64,000 bases of DNA from Clostridia bacterium. GTDB lineage: Bacteria > Bacillota > Clostridia > Oscillospirales > SIG627. The stretch lies in assembly GCA_017439965.1 (NCBI GenBank), contig JAFSID010000078.1:652-64651 (forward strand), written 5' to 3'. Shown in pieces: positions 1 through 9,052 of the stretch (positions are counted from its first letter, which is position 1; every line of letters begins with the position of its first letter). The translations under genes were made by a program, and so were the position numbers. The notes under the pieces were generated by a model, which was not told the origin of the DNA, ran no database searches, and worked only from the letters and a program-made list of their open reading frames with translations.

Positions 1-94
1 ATCAACAAGTGGATGAAATCTACAAGTGGATAAAATCGCTCCTTGAGTCGCGGTTAAGGAAGAAAACCGCAAGCAATTTTCAAAAATTAACACA

Positions 95-122
95 AAAAAG
101 CCACTCTTTCGAGTGACTTTTT
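95..122. terminator. Weak bidirectional hairpin flanked by A and T runs
   Basis: AAAAAG-CCACTC-TTTC-GAGTGAC-TTTTT; the stem is only 5-6 bp. Confidence 0.3.
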
Positions 123-178
123 CGACAGTTTGAGGTGACCCAGAGAAATCTGTGTCGCCCATTTGTTTGTGTAAAATA

Positions 179-1129
179 TTAGTTACACTCAGCGGTAAGA
201 GGTCCTGCAAGCTCGGAAAGGTATACGATAACACCGGGGAGCGTAGGCATAAAGGTGGAAGGAATCCACATATCAGGACCGTAACGGAGAGTTGTCCAGA
301 GGGACATACCCTGCCACTGCATTCCACGGGAGAAGGTACCGTCGCATCCGCCGATAACCTTATCGGACTGGAGGAAGAGGCCGGGGCCTACGGTGTTAGC
401 ACGGCAAGGAACGAGAGTTGTACGGCTCTTGAAGCTGGTCATAGCGTTCTGCTCAACTGTAAGGGGATGAATCTTAGCAGCGATTCTGTAGCAGGGCTTC
501 TTCCACTCTTCAACGGAGTCGAACTCAGCAGCAAAATGAGGCTCCCAGAAAGCGATGTGCATCATACGTCCGATACCGAATACGGTAACGAGCTTTGCAC
601 CCTCTGCCTTAAGAGCAGCAATCTTTTCGGGGTAGGTGGGGAGGTTGTCCTTGGTAGCAAAGTTTCTCTGGCTTACAGGGATGGTAAGCTCTCCAAGGGG
701 ATTGTAGAATGCGTTCTCCATAGCGTTCTGGAAGGAACCGCTGCAGGAAGCATCGAGAGTGTTGCCTTCAGCGTCGGTCCACTCGTCCATATTGAAGCCG
801 TAAACGTGGTCGCACTTAACCTTCCACTCCTTGAGGAAGAATACAGCCCACTTGTACATACCCATAGGACCTACGGGAAGAATCATAGCAAGCTTTCTGC
901 CTTCGTCACGGCAGTTCTTGATTTCCATAGCGATCTCGTGACCGAGGATCATATCGAATTCAGATACGTTGTCAGCTGCCTTGAGGTTGAAGTCCTTGTT
1001 CCACCAGGGCTGTCTGTCTTCGATGGTTTCGGGAGCATTGGAACAGCAAGCGTCAATTTTTGCCATATCCCATCCCGCAGGATAAAAGTTCTCAAGCATA
1101 GAACCTTTAACGGTTGATAAAAAATCCAT
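179..1129 (-). CDS. NagB-family sugar-phosphate deaminase/isomerase (glucosamine-6-phosphate deaminase-like)
   Basis: 316-aa ORF. FNMDEW and [13 protein letters not shown] align with the NagB blocks FNMDEY and GxGxDGHIAFNEP. AAGGAG lies 8 nt upstream of the ATG. Confidence 0.7.
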   Translation of the reverse strand: MDFLSTVKGSMLENFYPAGWDMAKIDACCSNAPETIEDRQPWWNKDFNLKAADNVSEFDMILGHEIAMEIKNCRDEGRKLAMILPVGPMGMYKWAVFFLKEWKVKCDHVYGFNMDEWTDAEGNTLDASCSGSFQNAMENAFYNPLGELTIPVSQRNFATKDNLPTYPEKIAALKAEGAKLVTVFGIGRMMHIAFWEPHFAAEFDSVEEWKKPCYRIAAKIHPLTVEQNAMTSFKSRTTLVPCRANTVGPGLFLQSDKVIGGCDGTFSRGMQWQGMSLWTTLRYGPDMWIPSTFMPTLPGVIVYLSELAGPLTAECN

Positions 1130-1332
1130 AGTTAAAACTCCTTTGCATTTTTATTGCGTTTAATATGCTACTATATTGTATCACGCTTTTTCCTCAATTT
1201 CAATAAGTTTTAGGAAAAAGTCTGAAAAAATATGCTAAAAAATTCAAATTTGTTAAAAAAATCATCAATTTGTGTTTGGATTAACGCAATTTGTACCCAC
1301 TTATACAAAATGTTGTGTTGAATATGTGTCCT

Positions 1333-1449
1333 TTTTTATAACATAGGAAATTGCACGCAAAATGTGTGCAATTGCGTGTTCAAAAAAAGTCTTCCTTAAA
1401 TTTGTGAGCCTTGCGAACATTACAATCATTTGCCGAAGGTGACTTTTTT
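1333..1449. other. Conserved noncoding element, copy A (second copy at 40699-40807)
   Basis: Shares blocks with copy B: TTTTT-ATAACA-AGGAAATTGCA, AATTGC, AAAGTCT, CTTAAA, TGTG, GCGA-CAT-ACAAT, TTGCCGAAGGTG, CTTTTT. No conserved reading frame. Confidence 0.6.
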
Positions 1450-1450
1450 A

Positions 1451-1479
1451 TTGACACGGTTGTTTTGTTATGGTAAAAT
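1451..1479 (+). promoter_or_regulatory. Sigma-A type promoter for the tsaE operon
   Basis: TTGACA (1451-1456), 17-nt spacer, TAAAAT (1474-1479). Confidence 0.55.
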
Positions 1480-1952
1480 ATATACAAATTATTGTGAAAG
1501 GCAGAAGCACCTTGGGAAAATATATAACACATTCAAGTGAGGAAACGACTGCACTTGGCACAGAGCTTATGAAAACGCTTGAGGGCGTTTGCTTCGTTGC
1601 GTTATACGGAGACCTCGGAGCAGGGAAGACGGCGTTTGTAAAGGGAATGGTAAAAGCTTTTTTACCAGATGCTATCGTTACGAGTCCGACCTACAATATC
1701 GTTAATACCTATACCGACGGTAACAGCGTTTTACATCATTACGATATGTACAGAATCAGTGATGAGGACGACCTTTATTCCGTTGGCTTCTTTGATAATA
1801 TCAACGAGGGCGTTACGGTTGCCGAGTGGTGTGAGAATATCCCGTGGGCATTACCTAAGTCCTACGTTAAGGTTACTATTTTAAAGGATCCCGATGACGA
1901 TAATTTGCGATTTATTGAAACGGAGAATATAAATGCTGATACTTGCTCTTGA
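1470..1952 (+). CDS. tsaE: tRNA t6A37 biosynthesis ATPase TsaE
   Basis: P-loop GDLGAGKTAFVKG and TsaE/YjeE size. The ORF-track ATG at 1470 lies inside the -10 box, so the real start is probably in-frame GTG 1494 or TTG 1512. Confidence 0.85.
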   Translation: MVKYIQIIVKGRSTLGKYITHSSEETTALGTELMKTLEGVCFVALYGDLGAGKTAFVKGMVKAFLPDAIVTSPTYNIVNTYTDGNSVLHHYDMYRISDEDDLYSVGFFDNINEGVTVAEWCENIPWALPKSYVKVTILKDPDDDNLRFIETENINADTCS

Positions 1953-2658
1953 TTCATCTGCAACGACCGCAACCGTCTCGCTTCTCGAGGACGGAGTGCC
2001 TGTTGCATCGTCACATATATACGATAAGCTTACGCATAGCGAAAAGCTTTTGCCGATGATTGATTCATTGCTGAATTTTATTCAGAAAAGCATCGATGAC
2101 GTCGATTTGATTTGCGTTTCTTCGGGTCCCGGCTCGTTTACGGGTATCCGCATCGGCGTTTCTTGTGTCAAGGGCTTATCCATTACGAGAAATATTCCGA
2201 TAGCGCCCGTCTCAACTCTTGAAGCCCTCGCGTATAACATGAGGCTTTTTGAAGAATATTCGGGTGAGGAGACCGTTATTTGTCCTTGTATGGATGCAAG
2301 ACGAAACGAGCTGTATAACGCTCTGTTTTCGTATGACGGTAAAGAATTTAAACGAATAACTCCCGACAGAGCAATAAGCTGTGAGGCTCTTGAAGAGGAG
2401 CTTGCTACAATAAATAAGCGCGTTTTGTTGCTCGGTGACGGCGGTAGAAAAATGCACGCGTATCTCAAGGGGATAAATTCCGAGATTGACTATTCTGCCG
2501 TACCCGTGTCGTTGTGTATGCAGAACGCAGAAAGCGTTGGATATCTCGGATATTTGAAGCATCAAAGCGGTGAGACAACGGATGCCGCAGGACTTGTATG
2601 TACTTATTTAAGGCCTTCTCAGGCTGAGAGAAATATTAAGGAGGAAAACAAACAATGA
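1933..2658 (+). CDS. tsaB: tRNA t6A37 biosynthesis protein TsaB
   Basis: N-terminal ILALDSSATT ASKHA motif and YeaZ/TsaB length. Overlaps the tsaE stop. Confidence 0.85.
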   Translation: MLILALDSSATTATVSLLEDGVPVASSHIYDKLTHSEKLLPMIDSLLNFIQKSIDDVDLICVSSGPGSFTGIRIGVSCVKGLSITRNIPIAPVSTLEALAYNMRLFEEYSGEETVICPCMDARRNELYNALFSYDGKEFKRITPDRAISCEALEEELATINKRVLLLGDGGRKMHAYLKGINSEIDYSAVPVSLCMQNAESVGYLGYLKHQSGETTDAAGLVCTYLRPSQAERNIKEENKQ

Positions 2659-3086
2659 TTGCAATCGGAGCAGACCACGGAGGATTTGAGCTCAAGGAAA
2701 AAATCAAGGCATACCTTGATGAAAAAGGAATTGAATACGTCGACTACGGATGCAACGGTACCGAGTCGGTTGACTATCCCGTATACGCAGAAAAGGTAGC
2801 AGAGGCTGTTGCAACAAAGCAGGCTGAGAAGGGTATTCTTTGCTGTGGCACGGGTCTTGGTATGATGCTTTGTGCTAACAAAAAGGAAGGCGTTCGGGCA
2901 ATTTGTACCAACGACAGCTTCAGTGTAAAGTTCTCAAGACTTCACAACAATGCTAATGTTATAGCCTTCGGCGGACGTACAATGGGTATTGAAGCCGTTC
3001 TTTATAATCTCGAAATATTCCTGAATACACCTTTTGAGGCAGGCAGACATCAAAAGCGTGTTGAAATGTACGACACGATTTTATAA
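2655..3086 (+). CDS. rpiB: Ribose-5-phosphate isomerase B
   Basis: MIAIGADHGGFELKE start, CGTGLG block, 143 aa; RpiB/LacAB family. Confidence 0.9.
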   Translation: MIAIGADHGGFELKEKIKAYLDEKGIEYVDYGCNGTESVDYPVYAEKVAEAVATKQAEKGILCCGTGLGMMLCANKKEGVRAICTNDSFSVKFSRLHNNANVIAFGGRTMGIEAVLYNLEIFLNTPFEAGRHQKRVEMYDTIL

Positions 3087-3088
3087 GT

Positions 3089-5050
3089 ATGTTTGTAATT
3101 AACAAGATTACGAGTAATCACGTCGTTGATTTTGCCGCTGAGGAGCTTAAAAAGTATCTTCGTATGATGATGCCCTTCTGCGGTGAAATTGATATAAAAT
3201 ATTCGCCTTGTGCGACCGACGGCTTCCGACTCGGAATTATGTCTGATTTTGGACTTGATACCTCTGAGGCTGATGACGTAGAGCTTGACGATATCATTCA
3301 TATTGATACCGATGAAAACGGCGGTATAATTGCGGGAAGTAACGTTCGTAGCGTTTTGCTTGCCGTGTACAGATTCTTGACTATCAACGGGTGCAGATGG
3401 CTTTATCCGGGAGTTGACGGTGAGCTTATACCCGTAAGGGATATCGAACCCACAAGCTATCACAAAATGGCTGATTGCCGATACAGAGGTCAGTGCAACG
3501 AAGGGGCTGAAGCACAGCATCTTATGATGGATGCTATTGATTTCACGCCCAAAATCGGTATGAATATTTTTATGATAGAGTTTGAAAACCCAAAATTCTA
3601 TTATGACGTGTATTACAATCACAACGAGAACAACACACGTGAGCCTGAGCCCGTTTCGGCTGAAACCGTTTTACAGTGGAAGAGACTTTGTGAGGCGGAA
3701 ATTTCCAAGCGCGGATTACAATTTCACGATATGGGTCACGGATGGACGGCGGAGCCGTTCGGTCTTGTAAGTACGGACGGATGGACTACGAATTTTTCGG
3801 AGGATGCGATACCGGACAATTCCCGTCAGTACGTTGCGATGATTGATGGGAAGAGAGAGCTGTTTTACGGAACTGCACTTAATACTAATTTTTGTATGTC
3901 AAACCCTGAAGCTCGAAAAATTGTAGTGGATTATATTGTGGATTATGCCGCTCTCGCTACTAACGTTGATTATCTTCACGTTTGGCTTGCCGACGGCTTT
4001 TCCAATCATTGTGAATGCGATAGCTGTCGCGAGAAGATTGTCTCGGATTGGTACGTTACTCTGATGAATGAGCTTGATGACGCACTGACATCCAAGGGGT
4101 TAACTACGAGAATTGTTTTTATTTGTTATTCGGATTCTACCTGGGCACCGAAAACTGTAAAGCTAAAAAATCCTGAGCGTTTTTCTTTGCTCCTCGGCGC
4201 TATAACAAGAGATTATACTGAACCCGTAGCCCCCAATCTTGACATTGGAAATATTGAGCTTTCCGAATTTGAGTTGAATCGAAACAGACTTCCTCGCAGT
4301 GTCAATCAATACATTGCACACGCAAGGGAGTGGATGGATTGGTGCAAGGTTCCGTCGTTTGTCTATGAATATCATTTTTACGTTGCTCAGTACTGTGACC
4401 TCGGCTCGATTGATGCCGCGAGAATAGTATACGAGGATGTAAAGGGATATAAATCCAACGGATGCGACGGCGTAGTTGAGGATTGCTCACAGAGAAGCTT
4501 CTTCCCAAACGGTTTTTCGTTCTTTGTATACGGACAAACCTTATTTGACAATTCTGTAAGTCTTGATGAATTGACATCTGATTATTTCTCTCACGCTTAC
4601 GGTGATGATTGGCGAGAGGTTTATAATTTTCTTGCTTCCATATCCAATGACGTTGATTTCGGGTATCTCAACGGAAAGAGATCTTTCAACGTCGGAAGAG
4701 GTGCTTATTATAACCCCGAGCTTGTGGAAAGCTTCAAAAAAGCGGTTGAAACAGTAAACGAATTTGAAGGCTTTGTCAGGTCGCATATGAATATGCCGTA
4801 CAGAGTTCAGACTGTTTCTTATAGAATTTTGAATCGATTTCTTGAATATGTCAAGGGCATACTTGAGGCAATGATTTTGAAGGCTGACGGAAAAGAGACG
4901 GAAGCGCTGAACACGTATAACGCTTTTCTTGATTCCTTCGGCCGCTATGAGACGGAGCTTGAGCTATATTACGACCAGTATTTGATGTCACAATCGCTTA
5001 ACCGCGTATTCAGACGCATTAATTCCGCTTCGGGACTTAATGCCGATTGA
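3089..5050 (+). CDS. Uncharacterised large cytoplasmic protein, DUF4838/GH20-like (name recalled from memory)
   Basis: 653-aa ORF with no signal peptide. CECDSC cysteine cluster and N-terminal FAAEELKKYL resemble DUF4838 proteins as I recall them. Confidence 0.4.
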   Translation: MFVINKITSNHVVDFAAEELKKYLRMMMPFCGEIDIKYSPCATDGFRLGIMSDFGLDTSEADDVELDDIIHIDTDENGGIIAGSNVRSVLLAVYRFLTINGCRWLYPGVDGELIPVRDIEPTSYHKMADCRYRGQCNEGAEAQHLMMDAIDFTPKIGMNIFMIEFENPKFYYDVYYNHNENNTREPEPVSAETVLQWKRLCEAEISKRGLQFHDMGHGWTAEPFGLVSTDGWTTNFSEDAIPDNSRQYVAMIDGKRELFYGTALNTNFCMSNPEARKIVVDYIVDYAALATNVDYLHVWLADGFSNHCECDSCREKIVSDWYVTLMNELDDALTSKGLTTRIVFICYSDSTWAPKTVKLKNPERFSLLLGAITRDYTEPVAPNLDIGNIELSEFELNRNRLPRSVNQYIAHAREWMDWCKVPSFVYEYHFYVAQYCDLGSIDAARIVYEDVKGYKSNGCDGVVEDCSQRSFFPNGFSFFVYGQTLFDNSVSLDELTSDYFSHAYGDDWREVYNFLASISNDVDFGYLNGKRSFNVGRGAYYNPELVESFKKAVETVNEFEGFVRSHMNMPYRVQTVSYRILNRFLEYVKGILEAMILKADGKETEALNTYNAFLDSFGRYETELELYYDQYLMSQSLNRVFRRINSASGLNAD

Positions 5051-5081
5051 GAGAAAAAAATAAATAATTCGCCATTTACTA

Positions 5082-5110
5082 TTGATATTATCAGAAGTTT
5101 ATGGTATAAT
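5082..5110 (+). promoter_or_regulatory. Sigma-A type promoter for upp
   Basis: TTGATA (5082-5087), 17 nt, TATAAT (5105-5110). Confidence 0.5.
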
Positions 5111-5143
5111 AACAAGGATAAAAATATTAGCGAGGAAGAAAAA

Positions 5144-5782
5144 ATGAACGAAGTTAAAAATTTAACTATTTGCGATCATCCGCTTATCCAACATAAGCTT
5201 TCCATTCTCAGAAGCGTTGACACCGGATGTAAGGAATTCAGAGAGCTTGTAAGCGAGATTGCAATGCTCGTAGCGTATGAGGCAACACGCGATTTGCCCT
5301 TGCGTGACGTTGAAATTGAGACTCCTCTCGAAAAAATGACCGCCAAGGAAATTGCAGGCCGTAACCTTGCAATCATTCCTATCCTTCGTGCAGGTCTCGG
5401 TATGGAGCCTGGTATTCTTTCACTCCTTCCTGCATCAAAGGTTGGTCATATAGGCTTGTACCGTGATCACGATACTGCAAAGCCCGTAACTTATTACTGC
5501 AAATTCCCCGTCGATATTTCCGAGAGAATTGCAATAATTCTCGACCCGATGCTTGCCACCGGTGGTTCTGCTATTGCGGCAATCGATATGGTTAAGGAAG
5601 CGGGGGTTAAGAACATAAAGATGATGAACATCGTTGCGGCACCCGAGGGAGTTGCGGCAGTTCATGCGGCTCATCCCGACGTACAGATTTACTGTGCGGC
5701 GCTCGACAGAGAATTGAATGAGCATTCCTACATTCTCCCCGGACTCGGTGATGCGGGAGACAGAATTTTCGGAACAAAATAA
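5144..5782 (+). CDS. upp: Uracil phosphoribosyltransferase
   Basis: PRPP-binding block [11 protein letters not shown] and C-terminal [17 protein letters not shown]. Confidence 0.95.
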   Translation: MNEVKNLTICDHPLIQHKLSILRSVDTGCKEFRELVSEIAMLVAYEATRDLPLRDVEIETPLEKMTAKEIAGRNLAIIPILRAGLGMEPGILSLLPASKVGHIGLYRDHDTAKPVTYYCKFPVDISERIAIILDPMLATGGSAIAAIDMVKEAGVKNIKMMNIVAAPEGVAAVHAAHPDVQIYCAALDRELNEHSYILPGLGDAGDRIFGTK

Positions 5783-5792
5783 ATTTTACAAC

Positions 5793-6090
5793 AGGATACG
5801 GATTAAGACCATGCTAACCGGGGAGTCAGCGGTGCCTTGTAACCTGCAATCCGCTATAGCAGGGGAGAATTCCTTTATTGAGGGGCGCAATTGTGTGGCA
5901 GCACCTGCCGATTGGCTATGACGAATGGGTCTTACGCAATTAAAGGCTGCGAATCATGTCAGGTGGGGAACCAAGCAGCATTAAACAGTTTTTTAATGTG
6001 CCGTAAGGTTGCCTGTTCTGAGCCTTGAGTCAGGAAAGCGAGCATTTTTGTTGCTTCGATTTAAGGTGCATGGTCTCAATCCGTATCCTG
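5793..6090 (+). ncRNA. ffs: Signal recognition particle RNA, long Bacillus type with Alu domain
   Basis: GTAACCTGCAATCCGCTATAGCAGGGGAGAATTCC and GTCAGGTGGGGAACCAAGCAGC match B. subtilis scRNA blocks. Terminal helix AGGATACGGATT..GACCATGC (5793-5814) pairs with GCATGGTC..AATCCGTATCCT (6068-6089). Lies in the conserved position upstream of dnaX. Confidence 0.85.
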
Positions 6091-6112
6091 TATTTCTTAA
6101 ACGGAGTATTTT

Positions 6113-7657
6113 ATGTATCAAGCGTTATATCGCAAATGGCGTCCGCAGATTTTCGACGATGTTGTTGGACAAGAGCATATTACTTCTGTGCTTCAGTATC
6201 AGATTGAGCAGAACAGGGTATCGCATGCGTATTTGTTTTGCGGTTCAAGAGGTACGGGTAAAACAACCTGCGCAAAGCTTCTTGCAAAAGCTGTAAACTG
6301 CACCAATCTTCAAAACGGAAATCCTTGTAACGAGTGTGAATCCTGCGTTTCTATTAATAACGGAACCTCTCTTGACGTTGCAGAGCTTGACGCTGCATCC
6401 AACAATCGAGTTGACGATATAAGACAGCTTTGCGATGAGGTTATATATCCTCCTGCAAATTCAAAAAAACGTGTTTATATCGTTGACGAGGTGCATATGC
6501 TCACCCTTCAGGCGTTTAATGCACTTCTCAAAACCCTTGAGGAACCGCCAGAGCATGCAGTGTTCATTCTTGCCACGACGGAATTTCAAAAGGTTCCTCC
6601 CACAATTGTGTCAAGATGTCAGCGCTTTGACTTTTCGCGCATAAGAAAGCAAAAAATCGTTGACAGACTTATGACGATTTGTTCGGCAGAGGGAATAAAT
6701 ATTGATAGAGATGCGGCGTTCGTTATTGCTAATTTATCCGACGGCGCAATGCGAGATGCATTGAGCCTTCTTGAGTCTTGCGCTTCTAAGGGCGCGGATA
6801 TTACAACCGAGTACGTTATAAATCTGCTCGGCCTTACAAACCGCGAACAATTGCTTGAGCTTCTTTATTCAGCTTCAAGACAGAACACCTCACGCGCGCT
6901 TGCCTTACTTGAGGAGTTGTATAACAAAAACGGTGATTTGACTACTTGCTTTTCGGAGCTTCTCGATATATGTCGTGACGTACTCGTAATCCAGAACGTT
7001 TCGTCTCCGTCAACTTATATTAATGCTTCCGATGATGAGATGGCAAGGCTTCGTGAAATAGCAGAGTCAACTCCCCGCGAGACGTTAAATTATTACGTCA
7101 ACGTAATTCAGCACTTCATTTCCGAAACGCCTTCCTTCGGAATGAATAAAAAGGCGGCGGCAGAAATCACGGTTATAAAAATGACCTCTCCGTCATCGGT
7201 TGAGTCGGTTGAGGCGTTGACCTCGCGTATCGCAATGCTTGAGCGTGCGCTTGAAAATCCGAATTTAATCCCTCAAGCATCTGCCAAGTCCGTTACCGAG
7301 AAGAAGGACGCCTCAGCAAAAGAAGAGTCCCCTGAGAAGAAGGAGACCAAGCCTCAAAGACCTGTCGGTAACAAGGATGTATTTGAGCAGGTAAATCAGT
7401 TTGTAAGATTATTCGGTGAAAAATCACCGATGAATAAGTTTTTTGTTCAGGATGCGACAGTCCGTAAGGAAGGATGCGTTCTGAAAATATACACCTCTTC
7501 AATCGGAGCGTCTACCATTAAGGTTTCGGGTGCTGATAAGATTGCTTTGGAGGTTGCAAAACAGCTTGATCCTTCCATTGAAAGCGTAGAGCTTTTATCG
7601 GATGACGGTATTCCCAAAAAGAATACTAAGAATCAGGATCTTGAAGAATTTGAATGA
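6113..7657 (+). CDS. dnaX: DNA polymerase III subunit gamma/tau
   Basis: Walker A GSRGTGKTT, zinc module CNECESC and SRCQRF sensor block; 514 aa. Confidence 0.95.
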   Translation: MYQALYRKWRPQIFDDVVGQEHITSVLQYQIEQNRVSHAYLFCGSRGTGKTTCAKLLAKAVNCTNLQNGNPCNECESCVSINNGTSLDVAELDAASNNRVDDIRQLCDEVIYPPANSKKRVYIVDEVHMLTLQAFNALLKTLEEPPEHAVFILATTEFQKVPPTIVSRCQRFDFSRIRKQKIVDRLMTICSAEGINIDRDAAFVIANLSDGAMRDALSLLESCASKGADITTEYVINLLGLTNREQLLELLYSASRQNTSRALALLEELYNKNGDLTTCFSELLDICRDVLVIQNVSSPSTYINASDDEMARLREIAESTPRETLNYYVNVIQHFISETPSFGMNKKAAAEITVIKMTSPSSVESVEALTSRIAMLERALENPNLIPQASAKSVTEKKDASAKEESPEKKETKPQRPVGNKDVFEQVNQFVRLFGEKSPMNKFFVQDATVRKEGCVLKIYTSSIGASTIKVSGADKIALEVAKQLDPSIESVELLSDDGIPKKNTKNQDLEEFE

Positions 7658-7675
7658 TTTTATAAGGAGTTAATT

Positions 7676-8023
7676 ATGAAAGCAAGATTACCTCAGGGAA
7701 TGGGCGGTGGCCCTCAGAATATGAACGCCATGCTTCGTCAGGCACAGAAGATGCAGGAGGATATGGCAGCTCTCCAGGAGGAGCTGGAGAACAGAGAATA
7801 TGAGATCAGTGCCGGTGGCGGTATGGTTAAGATTGTTATCAACGGAAAAAAAGAGGTTAAGTCAATCAAGCTTAACGAAGAAATTGTTGATCCCGATGAT
7901 ATAGAAACGCTTGAGGACATTCTTATCGCAGGTGTCAATGAGGCAATCAAGCGAGTTGAAAGTGATGCTTCCGAGGAAATGTCAAAGATTACGGGTTCAA
8001 TGAATATACCCGGTCTGTTCTGA
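7676..8023 (+). CDS. ybaB: YbaB/EbfC family nucleoid-associated protein
   Basis: 115 aa. NMNAMLRQAQKMQEDM start and the conserved dnaX-ybaB-recR order. Confidence 0.9.
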   Translation: MKARLPQGMGGGPQNMNAMLRQAQKMQEDMAALQEELENREYEISAGGGMVKIVINGKKEVKSIKLNEEIVDPDDIETLEDILIAGVNEAIKRVESDASEEMSKITGSMNIPGLF

Positions 8024-8024
8024 T

Positions 8025-8621
8025 ATGTACACTTTTATTTCTCCGATAGAAAATCTGGTTGAGCAATTCAGACGCTTACCGGGTGTCGGCTATAAATCTG
8101 CCGTCAGAATGGCTTTCTCTGTTATAAATATGTCAGAGGAAGAGGTGGATGAATTTGCATCCGCACTTATAAGCGCTAAGAAGGATACGACCTTTTGCAA
8201 AATCTGTCATAATATAAGTGATAAAGAGATTTGCGATATTTGTTCGGATGATGAGCGAGACAGAAGTGTAATATGCGTTGTAGAGGATACCAACGACGTT
8301 ATTGCCGTTGAAAAGGTACGAGAGTTTAAAGGACTTTTTCACGTGCTCGGAGGTGTTATTTCTCCGTCCGACGGAATCGGTCCCGAGCAGCTTAATATCA
8401 AGGAGCTTCTTCACAGAATTGATGCGGACACGAAAGAGGTTATAATCGCAACCAATCCGAGTGTTGAAGGTGAGGCTACCTCGCTTTATATTTCAAAGCT
8501 CTTAAAGCCTCTCGGCGTAAAGGTTTCAAGGCTTGCTTACGGTATTCCCGCAGGAGCCGAGCTTGAATATACTGACGACCTGACGCTTCTCCGTGCATTA
8601 GAAGGCAGACAGGAAATTTAA
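8025..8621 (+). CDS. recR: Recombination protein RecR
   Basis: C4 zinc finger CKICHN..CDIC, Toprim block VVEDTNDVIAVE; 198 aa. Confidence 0.95.
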   Translation: MYTFISPIENLVEQFRRLPGVGYKSAVRMAFSVINMSEEEVDEFASALISAKKDTTFCKICHNISDKEICDICSDDERDRSVICVVEDTNDVIAVEKVREFKGLFHVLGGVISPSDGIGPEQLNIKELLHRIDADTKEVIIATNPSVEGEATSLYISKLLKPLGVKVSRLAYGIPAGAELEYTDDLTLLRALEGRQEI

Positions 8622-8641
8622 TAAAGGACATAAATCACGAT

Positions 8642-9052
8642 ATGAAAAGAAGAGATGCAAGACAAGCGGTTTTTGCTTTAATATTTGATAAAAGCTTTAA
8701 TCCAGAGACCACTTGTAAAGAAATATTAAAAAACGCTATTGATTGTGAGCACATTGAAGGGTATGATAACGACCCTTACGTTGAGCGCGTATTTTTTGGC
8801 GTGTATGACCGTGTAGACGAGCTTGATGCCGAAATTAACGAGGCCTCTCAGAACTGGGATTCCGACAGAATCTCAAGGGTATCCCGTGCGATTTTAAGGC
8901 TCGCTCTTTATGAAATCAGGTATGAGGATGATATTCCTACCAAAATTTCCGTAAATGAGGCAATAGAGCTTGCCAAGACCTATGACGATGAAAAAGCCTT
9001 TTCGTTTGTTAACGGCGTGCTTGGACGTCTCGGTACTGATTTCGACGACTGA
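8642..9052 (+). CDS. nusB: Transcription antitermination factor NusB
   Basis: MKRRDARQAVFALIF start and EAIELAKTYDDEKAFSFVNGVLG C-terminal block. Confidence 0.9.
   Translation: MKRRDARQAVFALIFDKSFNPETTCKEILKNAIDCEHIEGYDNDPYVERVFFGVYDRVDELDAEINEASQNWDSDRISRVSRAILRLALYEIRYEDDIPTKISVNEAIELAKTYDDEKAFSFVNGVLGRLGTDFDD

Noticed and set aside
3-37. Tandem 17-nt direct repeat ACAAGTGGAT(G/A)AAATC at the window edge
   Set aside because: The window boundary truncates it. It may simply be the last codons of an off-window plus-strand gene (stop at 31-33) and cannot be evaluated here.
152-1117. 321-aa plus-strand ORF
   Set aside because: It is an antisense shadow of the NagB-like gene. The minus-strand frame carries recognisable catalytic motifs and an RBS, and this frame has neither.
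1153-1377. Cluster of ATTGCGT/ACGCAAT heptamers (1153, 1284, 1371; also 42208 and 63974) as a transcription-factor motif
   Set aside because: The heptamer also occurs inside coding and RNA genes (for example 5934, 9880s and 26721), at about the frequency expected by chance for 64 kb. The local cluster alone is not enough to support a regulon.
5718-6296. Short ORFs (67, 95 and 60 aa) between upp and dnaX
   Set aside because: They overlap the SRP RNA, whose conserved domain IV and Alu-domain blocks and terminal helix account for the sequence.
6461-6475. A AAA AAA slippery heptamer in dnaX as a tau/gamma frameshift site
   Set aside because: It lies at about codon 118 inside the ATPase domain, far upstream of where a gamma-producing frameshift would occur. 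No downstream stem-loop is evident.
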